Shown here: piece by piece, positions 59,154 to 64,000 of the stretch
How positions within the stretch are numbered: position 1 is the stretch's first letter
How the letters are laid out: the number at the start of each line of letters is the position of its first letter
Source of the DNA: a virus
DNA: 64,000 bases
Reading direction: 5' to 3' (one strand)
Virus record (IMG/VR): IMGVR_UViG_3300047459_000157
Span: 6,851-70,850 of that record
Notes under the pieces: model-generated
What the model was told of the DNA's origin: nothing
Seen by the model: the letters and a program-made list of their open reading frames with translations, nothing else
The model's database searches: none
Made by a program: the position numbers and the translations under genes

Positions 59154-59595
59154 AGTAATCGCCTGAGTCTAATAACTCATCTTTTAATTCGTTAAACTTT
59201 TCTTCGTATATGTCTTGCCACCATTGTTCAAGCTCATGGTTAAATTCGTATTCCATATCGTCCCATATATGAGACTCTACCCACACATCTTGACCATCAG
59301 TCAATGCTTCAATAGCTTGTTCTGACCATGTAGTATAATCTTCATACTGATAACCATCTTGTGAAATATAAGGTTTCTCATCATAAGTACACCAGTATAT
59401 ATCGTAGCCATCAGCTGTTGATTCACTGTATACTTTTAGGTTGTGTGATTTATCTGACCATGTAGTTTCAGTATCTAGTTTACCACCATATTCTGTAGTT
59501 ATATATTCTAATAGCCAAGGTGCATCTGGTTCTTCCATGATACCATCTGCTTGTAGCTTATCGTTGACAATATCGTCTGTTAGTAATTCTGCCAT
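59137..59595 (-). CDS. Highly acidic early protein (possible DNA mimic)
   Basis: 152 aa, strongly D/E-rich with many W/Y residues. Confidence 0.55.
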   Translation of the reverse strand: MAELLTDDIVNDKLQADGIMEEPDAPWLLEYITTEYGGKLDTETTWSDKSHNLKVYSESTADGYDIYWCTYDEKPYISQDGYQYEDYTTWSEQAIEALTDGQDVWVESHIWDDMEYEFNHELEQWWQDIYEEKFNELKDELLDSGDYYEDKK

Positions 59596-59831
59596 TATTT
59601 ATTAATTATATTATCGCCATACATAAAGTCATAAGGTGACATTTTGTAACTGCTTAGATTAGAATACGTTATTAGTTCTGATAAGTCTCTCATTGTAAGC
59701 TCTGACCAAGTCATCTTAGACATAAGAGTATACTTAAGTAATTTAGCGCTGTCGTATTTTCTAGCACTAGCTTGCAACTCAGTTTTAACATTGGGTTTTA
59801 GCAAGTCGTAAATTGATTTTAGTTTATTCAT
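59595..59831 (-). CDS. Hypothetical early protein
   Basis: 78-aa ORF directly downstream of a promoter-motif copy. Confidence 0.55.
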   Translation of the reverse strand: MNKLKSIYDLLKPNVKTELQASARKYDSAKLLKYTLMSKMTWSELTMRDLSELITYSNLSSYKMSPYDFMYGDNIINK

Positions 59832-59852
59832 TGTTATTATTTATTATTTAAT

Positions 59853-59886
59853 TATATTATCCGACATGCGTCGTATTTACATTGTA
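59853..59886 (-). promoter_or_regulatory. Early promoter-like motif copy 1
   Basis: Minus strand TACAATGTA-AATACGA-N8-GGATAATATA. Confidence 0.75.
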
Positions 59887-59889
59887 TTG

Positions 59890-59936
59890 TGGACGTGGCA
59901 GGAGTCGAACCTGCACTTTAGTACCGTAGCACGCCC
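59890..59936 (-). ncRNA. 47-nt tRNA-like mini RNA (acceptor stem plus T-arm, no D or anticodon arm)
   Basis: GGGCGTG-CTACGGTACTAAAGT-GCAGG-TTCGACT-CCTGC-CACGTCC-A. Confidence 0.65.
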
Positions 59937-59940
59937 ATAA

Positions 59941-60196
59941 TCCCTCACTTGTTTTCAACTCAAACGTTACTGAGTATTCCCGTGAGGGAGACAGAGATAG
60001 AAGTTTGGGACTGGTAGTTTCTAGAATTGTCGTTTATACCCAACTTTCTGTTTTGACGCACCACGATCGAGCTAATGCCCCGGTAATCGCCTAACGTGAC
60101 CAGTATGCCGCCACTCTGTCTTATTTCAACCGAAGTTAATCGGATTTACTGCGACTTACTACCTGCTTTGTACCACATGGGTGCATCGCTGCGCAT
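59941..60196 (-). ncRNA. Candidate structured non-coding RNA
   Basis: GC-richer stretch without a long ORF. Stems at 59941-48/59982-89, 59990-96/60114-20 and 59999-60009/60039-49. Strand is assumed from context. Confidence 0.45.
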
Positions 60197-60199
60197 ATA

Positions 60200-60346
60200 T
60201 TATTTTGTTTTATTATAGATCTCTAATGCTTTTTCAATATCTTGAATATCATAATCTATTAATATTTTATAAGCTTTTTTAACATTACTTACTATTGCTT
60301 TATTTTCTTCTTGCATCTCGTGCCATTTTTTTATTGAATCACTCAT
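60200..60346 (-). CDS. Small 48-aa protein (not in ORF track)
   Basis: MSDSIKKWHEMQEE...IYNKTK; start overlaps the upstream stop. Confidence 0.5.
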   Translation of the reverse strand: MSDSIKKWHEMQEENKAIVSNVKKAYKILIDYDIQDIEKALEIYNKTK

Positions 60347-60557
60347 CGTAGTATTTATTAGTTGTTACATCTAGTTTATTAGCTATGTGACGGCCGACCA
60401 GTCTCATGAGATAACTATGAGCTTCGTTTATTGTATTGCCCTCACTGGTTTCTGGTAAGAACTGGCCGATCTGCCAATCACATTGCTTGTAAATTTCATC
60501 TATTATATCTGTAGCTATTTCTTGTGCTACTACATCCATTTGTTTTATCTTTGCCAT
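60339..60557 (-). CDS. Hypothetical early protein
   Basis: 72-aa ORF in the early cluster. Confidence 0.55.
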   Translation of the reverse strand: MAKIKQMDVVAQEIATDIIDEIYKQCDWQIGQFLPETSEGNTINEAHSYLMRLVGRHIANKLDVTTNKYYDE

Positions 60558-60561
60558 ATTA

Positions 60562-60774
60562 TTATCTTAAGCATGTTCCGTAACCTCGTCTAGCGCCAAG
60601 CTTTCTTACACGTTTCGCCTGACTTTTTGGCATGATTTGAATAGTATTGCCGGTTTTATGGTATGTGATTGCCACACAGCCATATGGTTCAGTGGTCGAA
60701 CAGTCGACGCAAGAGGTATAACCTAGTGCGAGGCGCTGCGGAGGTATTATATTTTTACATTTACATTTTGTCAT
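60562..60774 (-). CDS. DksA/TraR-like zinc-finger protein
   Basis: CKC...IPPQRLAL...CVDC matches the TraR-type C4 finger pattern. Confidence 0.6.
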   Translation of the reverse strand: MTKCKCKNIIPPQRLALGYTSCVDCSTTEPYGCVAITYHKTGNTIQIMPKSQAKRVRKLGARRGYGTCLR

Positions 60775-60778
60775 CGTA

Positions 60779-60812
60779 TATATTATCCGAATTACTTCGT
60801 ATTTGTATTGTA
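60779..60812 (-). promoter_or_regulatory. Early promoter-like motif copy 2
   Basis: TACAATACA-AATACGA-N8-GGATAATATA. Confidence 0.75.
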
Positions 60813-61199
60813 ATTTCTAAGATAGTATTCTAACATATAGTTCATTCTTGCAAGCTGAGACCATATTAAAGCTCTCGCTGTGCCTACATATTCGTTAGTT
60901 TTTAAACCATTTTCAGTTAAGAAAGTAGTTCTTCTGTTCTGCTTGTATTGTTTGTTTAGTTGATATGGTGAGTAAGTACCGTTCTGTTTTCTTACTGTAC
61001 CACTTTTAAAGCAAGCTAATCTAAGATTACCGTTGTAGTATCTTGGGTGTGATGGAACAGGAAATTCAAATTCTCTTGTACCATTTAACGCTTGTCTTTG
61101 CGTAGTTACTTCTTTAATATTATACTTAAGGAGCAATTGTCTTGCAAAAGCATTTTCTAACGCTTCTTGTTCTTGTTGCCAAGTTTGTTTATTTCTCAT
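60792..61199 (-). CDS. Hypothetical early protein
   Basis: 135-aa ORF downstream of the tRNA. Confidence 0.55.
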   Translation of the reverse strand: MRNKQTWQQEQEALENAFARQLLLKYNIKEVTTQRQALNGTREFEFPVPSHPRYYNGNLRLACFKSGTVRKQNGTYSPYQLNKQYKQNRRTTFLTENGLKTNEYVGTARALIWSQLARMNYMLEYYLRNYNTNTK

Positions 61200-61219
61200 A
61201 GTTATTTAATTTAATTTAG

Positions 61220-61294
61220 TTGCGGAAGGTGGATTCGAACCACCGACCTCAAGGTTATGAGCCTTGCGAGCTGACCAGACTGCTCTATTCCGCC
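61220..61294 (-). tRNA. tRNA-Met (CAT), initiator-like
   Basis: Full cloverleaf GGCGGAA-TA-GAGC..GCTC-G-CAAGG-CTCATAA-CCTTG-AGGTC-GGTGG-TTCGAAT-CCACC-TTCCGCA-A. 1:72 mismatch; CCA not encoded. Confidence 0.9.
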
Positions 61295-61527
61295 GTATAT
61301 TCTTTGCGCCATGACATATCATCGCCATGTGGTGCATATTTATTCCAGTGATCTACTACTTTGTTAGTCCAACCACCATATTCTTTGTCAACTGCTTCAT
61401 TAATTAGCTCTAGTTGTCGTCTACCTGACTCGTAAGATCTATTGTCATCACTCATACAGTAAGTAAAGTCATGTTGCTTGATCATTTCGAAAGCAGGTAA
61501 GTCGTCGTAGTATATTTTTTTATGCAT
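61285..61527 (-). CDS. Hypothetical early protein
   Basis: HDFTY.MSDD.R.YE.G motif; the stop codon lies inside the tRNA 5' end. Confidence 0.55.
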   Translation of the reverse strand: MHKKIYYDDLPAFEMIKQHDFTYCMSDDNRSYESGRRQLELINEAVDKEYGGWTNKVVDHWNKYAPHGDDMSWRKEYTAE

Positions 61528-61705
61528 AAGTTCTATTATTTATTATTGTAAAAGCAGGGTAACTTCTGTATTTCTTGTCCGCACTGTCATAATATCTAGT
61601 GTTTGGAGCAAATTCTAGCACTTCGATGTCACCATTAGCATATTTTAGTATAGCGTTTTGTGGTTGGCCGAGTTGATTGTAGTTTGTTAATTTTAGTTTA
61701 TTCAT
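61520..61705 (-). CDS. Hypothetical early protein
   Basis: 61 aa, directly downstream of a promoter-motif copy. Confidence 0.5.
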   Translation of the reverse strand: MNKLKLTNYNQLGQPQNAILKYANGDIEVLEFAPNTRYYDSADKKYRSYPAFTIINNRTYA

Positions 61706-61720
61706 ATCATTTATTTGTAT

Positions 61721-61752
61721 TATTATCCAAATATCTTCGTATTTAAATTGTA
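61721..61752 (-). promoter_or_regulatory. Early promoter-like motif copy 3
   Basis: TACAATTTA-AATACGA-N8-GGATAATA. Confidence 0.75.
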
Positions 61753-62499
61753 ATTTCTATTAAATTTATCATACCATTCATCTTCTACTAGCATTATTTC
61801 TTGTCTAGTTAGCTTAATTATCTTCTTACTCTTGTATTTTCTAGGCATAGTAGTAATCAGTATATTCTTCAACAGTTACATATTTTTCTAACTCGTTAGA
61901 GTATATCATACCATCTATTACATGCTCGTCATTAAATGACCACACTTTTTCGTGTTTAAATTTTCTCATAGTTTATTAGTTGATTTATAGAACTCTATTC
62001 TGTCAAGAACATCTTGTCTAGTTATTTTCTTTTCCATTTGTAATAGTATATCGCTTGACATATCTATTTCTTTACCGTTTTCACACGTCAATATCCACTG
62101 CATAATTATATAGTTACGCCGTTAAACAGTATTTGATACCACATGAATACTATTCCTGTTATCGCTAGTGGCATTAAGAAACCGAAAGCGATGCCTTCAA
62201 ATATTAAGTCAATAACTGACTTACCTTTTACATAGTTGTACACTTTATTGTACGTGAATTTAATTTTACTCATAGTTATTATATTTATTTAGTTATATTC
62301 GTTATATATTGCTAGAACTTCTCTTTGTTCTGCTTTAGTTAGTTGAAAAACATTCTTGTTAGGAAATAGTTTTCGTGAAATCATTATTAGTTGAGTTTGA
62401 TTGTACATTATTATTATATTTATTAGTTAGTTTACCTTCTTCTGTGAAGTGACCGTACAGAATACCATTTACTCTGTACTCGTTAGTTATTTTATTCAT
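61750..62499 (-). other. Cluster of several short (<60 aa) early ORFs
   Basis: Hand-read frames such as MRKFKHEKVWSF.., MQWILTCENGK.., MSKIKFTYNK.. (one TM) and MYNQTQLIM.., each with an A/T-rich ATG context. Individual boundaries are not given. Confidence 0.5.
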
Positions 62500-62501
62500 A
62501 G

Positions 62502-62580
62502 TTGACATGAGTAGATTCGAACTACTTAGTGATACGTACCAATTTGGTCACACCGTTTTACACACTATACCGTAATGTCA
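62502..62580 (-). ncRNA. Second D-armless tRNA-like element
   Basis: TGACAT-TACGGTA-TAGTG-[31 nt]-CACTA-AGTAG-TTCGAAT-CTACT-C-ATGTCA-A. Confidence 0.55.
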
Positions 62581-62652
62581 GTTACTTGCTCAACTTTATT
62601 TATACTCGAGAGAACACAGCTCGACGCCGAGTGAGATGTAAAGAATTAGTTA

Positions 62653-62880
62653 TTATACTAACTCTTTATCTCTAAGTACTAATGGAATATTATTAGTAGC
62701 AGTGTAGCTTTTGTATTTAGACCAGCAAGCTAAGTTGGTTAGTGTATCTTTCATTATTGAAAATACTTTGTCGTGATTGTAAGTTATCTTGTCACCTTTT
62801 TTGTTAGTGAATTCGAATGTTACATTTTTTCCGATTAGTGATTGTCTTACGACAAATCTTTTAGTAGTTAAGTTACTCAT
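62653..62880 (-). CDS. Early protein near the start of the arm
   Basis: 75 aa, downstream of two promoter-motif copies. Confidence 0.6.
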   Translation of the reverse strand: MSNLTTKRFVVRQSLIGKNVTFEFTNKKGDKITYNHDKVFSIMKDTLTNLACWSKYKSYTATNNIPLVLRDKELV

Positions 62881-62924
62881 AGTTTAAAATTTAATTGTTA
62901 TTATTATTATTATTTAGTTACATT

Positions 62925-62958
62925 TATATTATCCATATTGAGTCGTATTTACATTGTA
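62925..62958 (-). promoter_or_regulatory. Early promoter-like motif copy 4
   Basis: TACAATGTA-AATACGA-N8-GGATAATATA. Confidence 0.75.
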
Positions 62959-63051
62959 TAAAAGTATATGTTTTATTTAGTAAATGTTTTAGTGTTTCTA
63001 TTATACCACACTCTCTCTCTATTTCTAATTTAGTTTGTTTCATATTACATA

Positions 63052-63085
63052 TATATTATCCAACTACACTCGTATTAACTATGTA
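63052..63085 (-). promoter_or_regulatory. Early promoter-like motif copy 5
   Basis: TACATAGTT-AATACGA-N8-GGATAATATA. Confidence 0.7.
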
Positions 63086-63103
63086 TATATTAATATATAG
63101 TTA

Positions 63104-63137
63104 TACAAAGGCTATACGTGGTGAAGCGGATAATATA
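63104..63137 (+). promoter_or_regulatory. Divergent promoter-like motif copy 6
   Basis: TACAAAGGC-TATACGT-N8-GGATAATATA on the + strand, with the same spacing as the other copies. Confidence 0.6.
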
Positions 63138-63459
63138 ACTGTACTGCATGGGTGAAATGCTATACACCGAGCGGCCTAGTATAACATGTGAAATATGTAG
63201 GCGAAACATAGTTAGTAATAAATGCTATACACAGATGCGCATCGGTATATATAGGGTATGAACGCGGTGATATCCGGCAAGGTGGGGCTGGGTAAATATA
63301 ATTGACTTTCCTTTTATTGTAAAGGTGAAGAGGGGTAGGGGCTACCCTATACCTCAAAATATCTTATATTTTTTTTGTGACAGTAGCTATATAGAGTATA
63401 CTAGTAATAGGCAAGTGTCACCTTTTTAAATTTCCACTTAACTATGTGATTATTCCTGT

Positions 63460-63684
63460 ATGGCAATAGCAAATTCACAAGGGCTCAGTCCCGCAGCATT
63501 AAGAAGAAAGAGAGCAAGGGACAAGGCAGCGGCTATGACGCCTGCTAGACGTAGGAAGAAAGCTGAGAACCAAAGGATAGGTCAGAGAAGTGATTCTGAT
63601 TTACACCATACACCAAGTGGAACTGTTCGTAGAACATCTATTGCTTATAACCGAGCAACTCACGATAGAGGTGAGGTTGCATAA
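63460..63684 (+). CDS. Small basic protein with HNH-like C-terminus
   Basis: Arg-rich, with DLHH...S..YNR; first gene after the strand switch. Confidence 0.5.
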   Translation: MAIANSQGLSPAALRRKRARDKAAAMTPARRRKKAENQRIGQRSDSDLHHTPSGTVRRTSIAYNRATHDRGEVA

Positions 63685-63712
63685 CTAATTTTTTAACCTA
63701 AATACCAAAATT

Positions 63713-64000
63713 ATGACGTATTTTTATTACAAGACTAGCAGTATGCCTAGTCAATCCAAAGTTAATGATGAAACCATTGCAGCGTGGAAGCACCTTGCAG
63801 AGAAGAAAAACTGGCGTATAGTCCAGTTACCTAATGGTTACTATCAAACCGAATACCAAGACATCGAAACAAACGATAAATGGTATGACGTCACTAGACG
63901 TGAAACAATAGAAGGTGCTGAACAAGCAGTTGACGGTAGTGTAGATCACTACAGTAAAAAACTAGAGTTTGTGAAAGGACCTAAAGTTGTTAAAACATTT
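63713..64000 (+). CDS. Hypothetical protein (3' truncated by window)
   Basis: MTYFYYK...KKNWRIVQLPNGYYQTEY...VTRRET, open to the window end. Confidence 0.6.
   Translation, partial: MTYFYYKTSSMPSQSKVNDETIAAWKHLAEKKNWRIVQLPNGYYQTEYQDIETNDKWYDVTRRETIEGAEQAVDGSVDHYSKKLEFVKGPKVVKTF

Noticed and set aside
59890-60196. A full-length or two-piece tmRNA
   Set aside because: The 5' acceptor strand lies only 15 nt from the T-arm, no second matching strand was found upstream, and no convincing Ala-ending tag frame was seen. A covariance search would still be worth running.
62895-63357. ORF-track ORFs 62895-63155 (+) and 63160-63357 (-)
   Set aside because: They have non-ATG starts and atypical composition, and they overlap promoter motifs and the palindromic non-coding region.
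1-64000. Stop-codon reassignment, introns/inteins, or an integrase/lysogeny module
   Set aside because: Core genes are intact and of expected length under the standard code, TAG/TGA/TAA all serve as stops, and no integrase or repressor pair was recognised.

Overview
An AT-rich, almost complete genome segment of a tailed dsDNA phage with a podovirus-type layout. The host is probably a marine Bacteroidota (Flavobacteriia); this is inferred from A/T-rich start-codon contexts without Shine-Dalgarno sequences and from gene content. The + strand (1-41270) is the late arm: tail fibre end, two very Thr-rich repeat proteins interleaved with two methyltransferases and a KpsS/KpsC-like transferase, GroES-like protein, terminase, portal, scaffold, major capsid, tail, ejection proteins (including a 2886-aa multidomain protein), an outer-membrane barrel and lysis genes. 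The - strand (41250-63040) is the early/middle arm: a Kdo/glycosyltransferase cassette, RNR, a dCMP-hydroxymethylase-like ThyA, MazG-type genes, primase-helicase, recombination genes, a sigma factor, ligase, many small ORFs and tRNA-Met. Main findings: (1) a split CMP-Kdo glycosylation/methylation system whose plausible substrates are the Thr-rich proteins; (2) a sigma-region-2-like domain inside the giant ejection protein, together with six copies of a non-host promoter-like motif; (3) two D-armless tRNA-like RNAs and an adjacent structured non-coding region; (4) probable cytosine modification. All calls come from reading motifs by eye; no searches or folding programs were run.
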